Source: Tetramitus jugosus (lineage: Eukaryota; Protista; Heterolobosea). From it: a stretch of 64,000 nucleotides of DNA. Location of the stretch: positions 635,784 to 699,783 of the forward strand of contig OW569344.1 of NCBI GenBank assembly GCA_937625935.1, given 5' to 3'. Of the stretch, positions 55,601 through 64,000 are shown in pieces; positions within the stretch are counted from its first letter, which is position 1; each line of letters starts with the position of its first letter. Below the pieces are notes generated by a model. The model had not been told where the DNA came from. It searched no databases and saw only the letters and a program-made list of their open reading frames with translations. The translations under genes and the position numbers were made by a program.

Positions 55601-55734
55601 GAGAGTTGTCACAATTGATTAATCAATCACTTGAGAATGATGGAAGAAGATATGCTGCTACAATTGCCTCGAGTTCAGGTTTTTACGATATAGTTCGCAT
55701 GCTCTGTTCATTGATGGAGGCTGTAGACAGTTGA
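52672..55734 (+). CDS. F-box / LRR-like / ankyrin-repeat protein
   Basis: IPRDVLHLIMSFI...LKSVCRQW (F-box); DKHGNNILHSAC, NQTPLE, NLLHAA, NENGENA (ankyrin). Confidence 0.85.
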   Translation: MTWSIYDCCNLDHVHFKPQNENVTLLSRVALFGGLTKQDRCKLQLNERSQYSRNFDRGVHKVSDDTISQRIRQEVMENKNENFKLGFFALSGAKDSGSQPIPRDVLHLIMSFIPAFPYYFVLKSVCRQWFHEFQEHIFAKVEHLSLVDDGKPKYYFRREDDGHEILVQFKPFGLIGTQGRMSDFCYPMLNPDKTHLFEFLAQSFPNVKHLRLGLGSIDCTHFKQCVPAMFPKLTQLETLDIIDTVNYYQRGPFWVMQKDILEMIARSLPSSTKNLNFIGVTLLRMSELEMLKMFSKKGRQSISESLHPSSMVEQNSSVDIQNLSLSYSFLDGLNIDDCRSLKEMYSDCEMSVVDSRSHSDSASSLPVFSYVEYLNYMSKKEGIVLSVMKDVQRRLMSDTSEIIETVIDIAVQEHAYFQPLLSLPAAKTGIQIESRTKLDAEFMLRTEKEFLPKMLELLADPSRMKYSELVFNIDSTFFYEEKPRTLLNGLISNCYSEQDFNMIKTIIETYKPSLAVNGVNNYLYETSFSSLTPVRTELMKYLVCLKPDLINLGDSEGIINDSQKDLPIIQLILSRWYPAIECLEEIKFLVSAGALLTQVDKHGNNILHSACECMEIELVKYLSLVCPESFMFERNKRNQTPLELLFTRPLRASLRPQFLNEVVHLPCFKDQPLKDYKTSCGNLLHAALYTPHLETIQWFLQNGFDANALNENGENAFFRCISRKESGYGPGFVDEIAVELIKAGAQIELENKERNTVVTFGLQNNKNYRMVKFLVQTAGSLSSKQWSTLLAPRMKHGLNALHYFVKKMVEIMDSYSEINRDKAWSQHSDCPIAKHCALLCLEHHPEMLYERSEPSDEQDLKYICGVSPLQMLLEARHGLYLLSELSIKLSDIANQPVFKSKNTADDMAAPIPVMYLASEVAIDISMFDELMKLTDNVLVRDEARETRPNLLHIAAERSVSLCECIIKHWKERYPDPGELSQLINQSLENDGRRYAATIASSSGFYDIVRMLCSLMEAVDS

Positions 55735-55906
55735 TGAGGCGAGTGTGCAATCTCTTGGCAATGTTGTCAAACGTTCTTGTAAATCTATCTATCCTTTGCA
55801 ACACATCATGTGAGAGCAGATCATATGGACTACAGGCAATTCAAAGCATTTGTTTGAAAACACAATTTGATCAATACGAAAGCTTACAAAACAAAACAAG
55901 ATCAAA

Positions 55907-56396
55907 ATGAGTGAAACACAAAGAGTTTGGTTAATCGCAGGTACTTCTTCTGGATTCAGTAGAGAATTTGTTCGCACCATCCTTAATCGTGGTGACAAGG
56001 TGATTGCTACTGCCAGAGACTTAAGCAAAATTCAAGATTTGGCCGACGCAGGAGCTCACACTCTGCGTCTTGACGTAACAAGTGGTCTTCCTGCTCTGAC
56101 AATGAAGCCATCAAGGTTTATGGACGTATTGATGTTCTGATCAATAATGCTGCTCTTGTCGTACATGGCACCATTGAAGATGTTTCATCTGAAGAAACAT
56201 TTAAACAATTTGATACAAATGTGTTTGGTTTGTTGAACACGACGAGAGCTGTATTGCCACATATGCGTGCTCGTAAAAGTGGTACAATTGTGATGATTGG
56301 ATCAATTGGAGGATTTAGAGGCTCACCTACTGCTGGTCTGTATTGTAGTACAAAGTTTGCTTTGGAAGGTATTGCTGAAGCTCTGCAGTCTGAACT
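55907..56396 (+). pseudogene. SDR oxidoreductase pseudogene, 5' part (frameshift near 56100, then interrupted)
   Basis: WLIAGTSSGF, RIDVLINNA, YCSTKFALEG...QSEL. Confidence 0.9.
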
Positions 56397-56525
56397 CATG
56401 TAATGTATATTTCTCGCACTCTCGATTAAGCTTATAAGTCCCGAGTGCGGCAGATTCTCGAGGCCACTTGTGTAACCTCGAGAACAGCACTCCGAAACCT
56501 GTGACGGATATGTCCATCACCGTGA

Positions 56526-56900
56526 GTGTCATAGAGCTGTCCTGCTTGCGCTGCTTGTTTATTCAATAGTGTTGTATGTTGTGCGTTTGATTAGATTGGT
56601 TCAGGCATGGCTTTTGTGCCACAAGTCATGTTGCTTTTAGGCAGACCTACAAAGGCGCGAGACTAGAGTAGGAGTGCCGTAGCGCCAAGCTGCTTGTGTT
56701 GTGTCTTTATTCAATAGTGTTGATATTATGCATTGGATCAGATTGGCGCAGGTATGACTTTTGTGCCACAATTGATGTTGGTCTTGGGCACACCTCCAAG
56801 GCAGACAGTGTACCATTTTGTGTCGTAGAGCCGAACTGCTTGCGATGCTTGTTTATTAATAATGTTGTATGTTGTTAGTTTGATTAGATTGGCGCACATA
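56526..56900. repeat. Three degenerate ~147-bp tandem repeats (third partial) in the transposon 3' non-coding region
   Basis: Units start GTGYCRTAG at 56526, 56674 and 56820 and share CTGCTTG, TTTATT.AATA.TGTTG and GAT(T/C)AGATTGG; units 1-2 also share CTTTTGTGCCACAA. Confidence 0.85.
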
Positions 56901-56941
56901 TGCTCCAGTGGTCCGACTTTGCGCCAGTCGCGGCCCTACGG

Positions 56942-57152
56942 AGAAAAAGTGAGAGAATACATAACAATTAATATACAGATAAAATCATGAGCGAGAGCAG
57001 AATGATCAACCAACACTATGAGGGACAGGGTCGTCCATGTTTAAAGCAGTCTGCCGGGTTCAATCCTGTTCCTCATAGTTGTGTATCACCCATCTGCTCA
57101 TGCTCGTGATTTGTTTATTATGTTACTTGTGATTTCTATTCTCACTTTTTCT
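56942..57152 (+). other. Long imperfect inverted repeat (~210-nt fold-back)
   Basis: AGAAAAAGTGAGA/TCTCACTTTTTCT, AATCATGAGC/GCTCGTGATT, GAGCAGA/TCTGCTC, ACTATGAGGGACAGG (57015-57029)/CCTGTTCCTCATAGT (57065-57079). Confidence 0.85.
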
Positions 57153-57244
57153 TTATTGTGCTTTATCTTTGTTTGTCGGAGTTCGGAGTTTAACTCCCTC
57201 GTTGATCAAATTGTATTCAGAAGAAATACAATCACTGTCATTGT

Positions 57245-60200
57245 TTATTGTCGAGGATGCAACGCGAGTAGTTGTTGTAGATGATTGAATGAAACAGCAC
57301 GTTGTATGTTCATCAGATGGTTAGAGAGCATCACTCTTTCTTGGTTATGATGATCGATCAATTGTGCAGAATCAATAGTTCTCAGATCACCTCTGTTGAA
57401 TTCATTCACTCTGCATTGTTGTCTGGATTCGAGTGCTCGTTGTTGTTCGAAAAAGAATTGTTGTAGTCTGTGTCGCTCGAGTGCTTGTTGCTTGAGCAAT
57501 GCTAAAACTTTTTCTTGTTGCTGTAATTGAGCTCTCTGTTCAGCAGTAAATAGAGGTTGTGTCTGAGGCTGTGTACTACTTGAAGGAACTACTCTTGCTC
57601 TCTTGGCGGGCACTGTCGTAGTTCTTCCAGGCTGCTTCTTCCGTTTGACTGTTCCACTAGTATTTGCTTTGGTAGATTCACTTGATTCTAATCTCTTCAA
57701 GCGTGTTTCTATTAATTTCTTATGTATTTTGCAAACAGCAATCTGACCATTAGAATCTAATCCTTCCGCATTTGCAGCTGCACAGCAATCGCTGCATCTG
57801 TGAAAGGGACACGAACCAACAGCTTTTCTATCTTGACATTCACAATATACTTGCGCTGCTGCATTCTCCCTCTTCTGTTTGTTACAAATCATAGAGGTAC
57901 CAGGTAAATACATAGGAGCAATTAGTTGGCCAGTAAACACAAGCAGTAATCCATCTGTGCAATCGTACATCAGATCCCCGTAACCTTTCAGTTGCAATTC
58001 TTCTTTCTTCTTCGTAATACAATTCTTGAACTCTGGATGATTCAAAACTTCTGTAGGAATCAAAATATTCTTCAGAGAACATATCTGATTCCAAAAACTT
58101 AGTTATCTGGGACACACTCTTTCCTCTCTTGAGTGCTGGATGGATCATAAACAAAAATTCTTTCGCTCTATGCCTGATGGCAATGGTTATCTCCGCTTGA
58201 GCCTTCTTATGAGAAGAGGTTCTAAAAGCATACTTTAATTCAGCAAAAAACTCTTCGAATTCATCTGTCGAACAATCTACAAATGGTTCGATCTCAAATA
58301 ACTCAGACATATGTCTAAAGTTATCATGAATATAGTTGGAATTGGTGAAAGCCTTTCCCCATCGATTATATGACAATTTCGTATAAAGAAAGGAAGCCCA
58401 GTGATATATGAAGGTAACTTGCTTCTTATCTCTGCTCCACATATGGTACGGAAGAACAGACATGGCTGTAAGTAATGCGACGCAAGTAAGGATCCACTGT
58501 GCATTAGCCACTTCTATAGTAATTGTTGATTTCGTGCTGTTCTCATCAGGTGGTATCTCAGGTGGTCGAGAAAGTAGCCCTGAAGGTGATGGATCTAGTG
58601 TATTGGCAGCAACTGTTGGTGTTGCAGCTTGTTGACTGGAGGGTGTGGTACTTATCTGGGAAGTGTCCTGAGATACTACATCTCGAATAATAATAGGTAC
58701 CGGTTCTTCAGTGTCACTATACCTCTCTAGAAGAGAAGTGTGCACAGAAGTGACTACAAGGACGAATAAGCCCGTATGTATTGTTCTTCTCTTCTAAGTG
58801 AGTTCGCTGGATTCGATCCAGCAAGGTCTGGAAGGTAATAGAATTGTTCTTAGTTGCGTACACTGATGCATTATCTTCTGTTACATTGGCGTCACACTGC
58901 TTACATCTAATGTGGGCAGTACCTCCAGCAGACACTTTACCTGATTCCAGATTAGCATCTTTGTTATCTGCCAAGCTTCGACTTGTTTTGAAGAATACTC
59001 TCTGGTTTGGATTACTTGGGTTGATCCAACAGAAATCGCCTCCGCGATCAAGACGATCTTCAGCTGCGAGTTCGCATAGTAGATTCATAGTGGTCACATC
59101 ACAAAGTTCCAAGTGTATAATATCACCATGATCTTTTTAATATGACTCTTCTGTTTGTCTGTAAGGTTCTCACGAAATAGTTCTTGTGGATTCATCCTCA
59201 TCTGTAAGGAGAAGTCTAACCTACCAGCTTTCTCAATCTTAGAATCATCATGCCACTCACTTAACGCAATCGCGAACTCGCCATTCAGTTCATTGTTAAT
59301 TATATTCAGATTCCAGAGCTTGAACATTCTACTCAATAGTTCTACTCTTGAGTCGAAATATCTGAAACGATACAAATTTCCATCTACTCCTCTCCTATAA
59401 ATTATATCTCCAACGTATGTATAATTAAAGCCTAGTGCTAGAGACTTAACATCTATCTGCCTATCTAAATAATGTACAGAGTAATCATTCTTCAAGCAAC
59501 TACGAATCTGCTCTCCATACCAACTAGGTTTTGTTTCTTCTCTTCCATAATAGTATCTGATCGAGGGAGAGATGGGACACTTACTTGGTGTCCAGAAGAA
59601 GATGTAAGTTTCACATTTGCTGATCTGTATCTCTTCTTAGTCTGATAATCTATACTATTATGCCAACAATATATCAACTTCATGTGATGCCCTCCAGCAG
59701 TGCCAAGTAAAGAGTATACTGCTTCTCTCATCTCCACCGTCTCTTGATCAAGACACCAGCGAGCAATCTCTTTAGCTAACTTTGTGAACAATCTCATCGC
59801 CTTACAATGATCATAGCCATTATTCTTGTCCACTTGCTGTGTGATGTATTCTCCTAAAGTTCGATTCTGAAGTTTCTGAAGACACTTCTGAGGTTTGGAT
59901 CTTTTTACCCCGTTAACATACATTTCATTTAACTCTTGGACCAAATGAATGCGATCTAATTCATTCAAATATAACTCTGGAGCTGTGTGACAAATAATAG
60001 TAACCATTCTGTCCCATACTGTACCTAAACAACCTGTTGCTAACAATAACAGAGGAGTTGCACCACCGATGTGATCAGCTAGCATTTTTACTCCTTCTTC
60101 AATTGATTCGTTACACTTATCTCTAATATCTGCTGTCACCTTTTCTTTCACTGCTGGGTAATCCAAAAAATCTGTTACAAAATGAGGATTATGTAATAAT

Positions 60201-60799
60201 TTTCTGAGTAGATCCAAACAAGCATGCACATGTCTTTGTCTGACCTTCTTATCATCTATCTTTCCAGCATATGTTTGAGGTTGTCGTTGATAAATACTGT
60301 ACAATCCTGCATTTTCAAATCCCATCACTAAACGTCCTGCTGGAAACTGGTCAGCAACTTTGATGAAATTTGGATCAGAAGTTATACAACTTCTTGGAAC
60401 CTGCTGCAGATTAAAGCGCTGATTGTTGGAAACCGGTGTATTGTTCTGTGGCCCATTGGTTTGTGATGAAGTACTCTGAGAAGTGTTTGTTAAATGTTGT
60501 TTTGCATGTCTGCTGATATGACAGTGCGCTGACCATTCACCACAATACTTGCATCTTGCTTGTAATGTAGATGCCTCGGTACTATTTGATGATTTGCTTC
60601 TAGGTAATGCTGTTTCATTTTGTTTTGCCTGCTTTCTAGATCGTCGTTTTTCCTTCGCCTCATTAATTGCGTTCGGATGACATGTTGGACAGCGATCTAT
60701 CTCAAAACATCCTTTCAGTTGTGCAAAATCATCGAACACATGATCGTTTGGGTGTTTCGAACACCTAACTTTGTCATACGGTTTCGATCTAGTCATCAC
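57245..60799 (-). pseudogene. RAG1/Transib-like transposase broken into five ORFs by frameshifts (~1180 aa reconstructed)
   Basis: Ordered motifs IALSEWHDDS (first D), LADNKDANLESG...GGTAHIRCKQCDA (second D plus CxxC), NYIHDNFRH...STDEFEEFF (HxxxxH plus E); N-terminal zinc fingers and a C-terminal C..C..C..CC..C..H motif. Confidence 0.72.
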
Positions 60800-60947
60800 G
60801 TCATATTGTATTTCTTGCGAACAATTTTTTGTCGCAAATTTAGATTTTCCGCCATCTAAAATTAAAAAGGCAAATCAAGGAATCAATGGGCTAATTTTAT
60901 TTTTCACAGCCATGGCTGTGAATTTAATGTATTCGACATGAGTAGTG

Positions 60948-61122
60948 TGCACATCTCGGTATAAAGGTATTGTTGGTTGAACCGGGTTATTTTAGAACTT
61001 CGCTGTTAGCTCCACAGAACATGCCATCCGCGGAGAATAGACTTGCTGATTATGATCAAGTTTACAAGGCTGTGAATCTTGAATCTGTGCACGCAAAGCA
61101 GCCAGGTGATCCTAAAAAACTG
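60948..61122 (+). pseudogene. SDR pseudogene, resumed middle part; 3' end lost
   Basis: AHLGIKVLLVEPGYFRT...QPGDPKKL, then an abrupt switch to transposase sequence on the other strand. Confidence 0.85.
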
Positions 61123-62510
61123 ACAAGAGTGGTCTACCTCGGTCATTTTGGGACATTTTCTTCTGTCGTGACCAGTTTGTTTGCAATGGCTGCAATTCCG
61201 CTGTTTCTTTCCGGATATTTGTTGTTCTGAGCTCGTTACAGGCTTGGATTGTTCCTTATACAAGTACTCAGGATGGTTGTGGTTCTTGGCATAATTAGTT
61301 TTGCGCTTCTTGTCATCTTTCCTCCTCTGCTTGGCTACCGGAGAGTTCTTGTACTCAGTAATTGTTTCTTTGTTCTTATCAAGCTTAGCTGTACTCTGTT
61401 TCATCTGATCGGTTATTGTAGTACCTACAGCTTTCATGATCTCCAATAAACCAGCTTCACCTTGCTCCAAACGAACAAAACTTGCATCAACTCTCCCAGG
61501 ATATGATTTACCATAATACTTGCGCTTATTGGTAAGTATACACATGCTGTTATGACCACCTTCAATCAATTGTGTGTTAATTCCAATTTTATAGGATGCA
61601 GCACGATCAGAATACTCGAAGAAAATCTTCTTCAGGACCAAAAGCTTATCTGGACTGAGATCAGACACTGATTGTGTGCAATCCTGTAGCTGATCATCCA
61701 GTACTTGATTTCCAACAGCTTGTAAATCTGGTGTTTTCTCAATATCAATTTGACTCATCATCATTTGCCTCTTCTGAGTCATCCTGCTCTGAGGAAAACA
61801 CAGCATCGATTTCCTGTCTCTCTGTTTTCGATACCTTACAGAGCATGTCACGAGCACAACTATACTTAGCATTCTTGCAACCAGTTCCAATACAGAATCT
61901 ATGATCTCCTGCCCAGTGGAAGGGGTAGACTCTCATTGCGTACTTACGATCCGTCGCGTTTGGAAATGTTTTGACACATTTGAGAAAGGCCACACAAGCC
62001 TTCTCACGATATCCTTTAGCCATACGGATCACACGCTTCGTAACATTTTTTGCAGCATGTCCAGGATCAATAAATTCTCTTGCTTGAGGGAAGAGCTTGA
62101 GTATTAAATTCCTTGTGCAGCCATCTTGATCATGTGCAAATGCAACAATGTTGATCTTGAACTTGCTTGTTTCATCATCATTTTTCTTCTTCACTCGATC
62201 GAGAAACGTTTGAACAGCATGCCCCTCCATCGTCTTCGCATGGCCGATAGAGCTTCTAGCTGCATTACTGTCTGTACCACTAATCTGACATTCACTCTGT
62301 CAAGAATTATACCTCCAAATGATCTCACTGTTAGCGTGCCGTTCAATGCATTTCTTCTTGGGACCACCTAAAATCCATTAGAATACCAAGGTCAATTTGA
62401 TTTGGATGTCTTCCAAGAAATGCATTGATGATTGAATTCAGTTCAAGTGGCAATGGCAAATCGTGAGATTTCAAAAGCAATGTGAAATGCTTCTCCAGTT
62501 GATCCACTAA
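61123..62510 (-). mobile_element. Mutator-like transposase relic (frameshifted, truncated at both ends)
   Basis: MDFRWS, GHAKTMEG, AHDQD, DPGHAAK, HWAGDHRFC, NTQLIEGGHN...KRKYYGKSYPGR and the zinc knuckle CSHCKQTGHDRRKCP. Confidence 0.8.
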
Positions 62511-62533
62511 GGGTTTGGGTTTGGGTTTGGGTT
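62511..62533 (+). repeat. Interstitial telomeric tract, ~4 x GGGTTT
   Basis: GGGTTTGGGTTTGGGTTTGGGTT directly abuts the open transposase frame. Confidence 0.95.
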
Positions 62534-62699
62534 ATTAGGTAAAACCGAACCAAGACTTGTTCAAGACACTGTTTTGCTCGTTGTAAAGGTGCGCGTTGTA
62601 TTTGTCATCCTTTGAAATGCTCAAACTAAGCTTATGAAGAAAAAATACTATGCTGTTTTCGAACTATACTGCCAACTGGTATAGGCAGTTGGGTTTCAG

Positions 62700-63010
62700 C
62701 CTCAAAACCCAACGTAAAACCCAACTCAAAACCCAAATCGAAACCCAACTTTCCCAGGAGCTCATGAGCTCCACCCATTATCAGAGGAGCTCAAAGCTCC
62801 GCCTAAAAAATGACTAGGAGCTCATCTCCAGTGAAACTCGGCCTAAAAGCTTTTTTCTGGAGGAGCTCATGAGCTCCAGCCTAATTATTGACTTTCTGGT
62901 GGAGCTCATGAGCTCCGGCCTATTCCAGTGAAAGTGATGAGCTCCAGCCTATTCGAGTGAATTTCAGTGGAACTCATGAGCTCCACCTAAAACATAGATC
63001 ATAGGCTGGA
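62700..63010. repeat. Subtelomeric repeat block: inverted degenerate telomere units (AAAACCCAA, 12-bp period) and repeated GGAGCTCATGAGCTCC palindromes
   Basis: Four AAACCCAA units at 62704-62749. Perfect 16-bp palindrome at 62757, 62862 and 62901, with variants near 62786, 62817, 62934 and 62969. Confidence 0.9.
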
Positions 63011-63189
63011 GCGCAACAATGCAAATATTCATTGTATTGGAAGGCATGAAGGAAACCATAAGAGGAGGCCGTTACAACCGAGTCAATGAACATTACAATA
63101 CAATGATATGAAGTGGTTGACCTCACATTCCGGCATAAAAATTGATTTTGAGACGAATTCGCGATTTTGATGAGAAAATGGATTTTGAC

Positions 63190-64000
63190 TTGGGTTTGGG
63201 TTTGGGTTTGGGTTTGGGTTTGGGTTTGGGTTTGGGTTTGGGTTTGGGTTTGGGTTTGGGTTTGGGTTTGGGTTTGGGTTTGGGTTTGGGTTTGGGTTTG
63301 GGTTTGGGTTTGGGTTTGGGTTTGGGTTTGGGTTTGGGTTTGGGTTTGGGTTTGGGTTTGGGTTTGGGTTTGGGTTTGGGTTTGGGTTTGGGTTTGGGTT
63401 TGGGTTTGGGTTTGGGTTTGGGTTTGGGTTTGGGTTTGGGTTTGGGTTTGGGTTTGGGTTTGGGTTTGGGTTTGGGTTTGGGTTTGGGTTTGGGTTTGGG
63501 TTTGGGTTTGGGTTTGGGTTTGGGTTTGGGTTTGGGTTTGGGTTTGGGTTTGGGTTTGGGTTTGGGTTTGGGTTTGGGTTTGGGTTTGGGTTTGGGTTTG
63601 GGTTTGGGTTTGGGTTTGGGTTTGGGTTTGGGTTTGGGTTTGGGTTTGGGTTTGGGTTTGGGTTTGGGTTTGGGTTTGGGTTTGGGTTTGGGTTTGGGTT
63701 TGGGTTTGGGTTTGGGTTTGGGTTTGGGTTTGGGTTTGGGTTTGGGTTTGGGTTTGGGTTTGGGTTTGGGTTTGGGTTTGGGTTTGGGTTTGGGTTTGGG
63801 TTTGGGTTTGGGTTTGGGTTTGGGTTTGGGTTTGGGTTTGGGTTTGGGTTTGGGTTTGGGTTTGGGTTTGGGTTTGGGTTTGGGTTTGGGTTTGGGTTTG
63901 GGTTTGGGTTTGGGTTTGGGTTTGGGTTTGGGTTTGGGTTTGGGGTTTGGGTTTGGGGTTGGTGGTTTGGGGTTTGGGTTTTGGGTTTGGGTTTGGGTTT
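63190..64000 (+). repeat. Telomere, (TTTGGG)n, G-rich strand running toward the chromosome end
   Basis: About 810 bp of near-perfect TTTGGG to the end of the window. Confidence 0.98.

Larger units (their letters stand above)
56397..60947 (-). mobile_element. ~4.55-kb DNA transposon encoding a RAG1/Transib-like DDE transposase, inserted in the SDR gene
   Basis: Removal restores GAA CTT GCA CAT CTC GGT (E-L-A-H-L-G-I-K). Inverted ACTCATGT (56394-56401) / ACATGAGT (60936-60943); the right end reads CACTACTCATGT on the minus strand; perfect 20-bp palindrome at 60903-60922. Confidence 0.8.

Noticed and set aside
56790-56802. 13-nt identity (ACACCTCCAAGGC) with the predicted Fanzor omega-RNA region near 44708-44720
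   Set aside because: Similarity does not extend on either side and the equivalent site in repeat unit 1 differs; cannot be separated from chance.
56526-56900. CRISPR array
   Set aside because: Units are ~147 bp, degenerate along their length and only three; there are no short identical repeats with unique spacers and no cas genes. Kept only as a candidate structured array.
57050-57070. tRNA or SRP RNA suggested by GGGTTCAATCC
   Set aside because: No cloverleaf (acceptor, D and anticodon arms) and no convincing SRP helix-8 motif can be built around it.
61150-61195. CxxCxxxGHxxxxC motif as a RAG1L C-terminal tail or retroviral Gag knuckle
   Set aside because: It belongs to the separate Mutator-like transposase, where such knuckles are common; no RT, integrase or LTRs nearby.
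40-62371. Numerous 60-215-aa ORFs antisense to or overlapping the called genes (e.g. 19400-20047, 24720-25259, 48915-49427, 50144-50692)
   Set aside because: Shadow frames of real genes with no motifs; many begin at non-ATG codons.
63940-64000. Variant telomere units (GGGG, TTTT, GGTGG)
   Set aside because: Confined to the last 60 bp, where consensus quality is usually poor; probably sequencing noise.

Overview
Gene-dense, intron-poor eukaryotic chromosome end in the standard genetic code, with short GT-AG introns and a (TTTGGG)n telomere from about 63190 to the window end. The gene content (TSET subunit TCUP, multi-TM RGS protein, Cache-domain nucleotide cyclase, F-box/ankyrin protein) suggests a heterolobosean (Naegleria-like) amoeba; this is inference only. 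Positions 1-43 kb hold mostly ordinary genes: EMC1, DUF2828, TCUP, ABCF2, bL21m, SANBR-like, PEBP, a kinase, TED1-like, sphingosine kinase, two GILT-like paralogues, SDR, kelch, EAF7, mL54, a cyclase and an AKR. The subtelomeric 20 kb holds three mobile elements. (1) A 3.47-kb Fanzor (eukaryotic TnpB-like RNA-guided nuclease) element is inserted at a CG dinucleotide inside a G8/CHRD surface-protein gene. It has a predicted omega-RNA and guide, one in-frame stop, no transposase, and carries captured host fragments (intron-containing VPS35, an F-box start). (2) A 4.55-kb element splits an SDR gene and encodes a frameshifted RAG1/Transib-like DDE transposase, followed by about 850 bp of highly structured non-coding DNA (hairpin cluster, three ~147-bp repeats, a ~210-nt fold-back). 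(3) A Mutator-like transposase relic is cut mid-CDS by telomeric repeats. A probable bacterial-derived PslG-like (GH39) hydrolase sits head-to-head with the G8 gene. All family calls come from motif recognition by eye; no database search was run.
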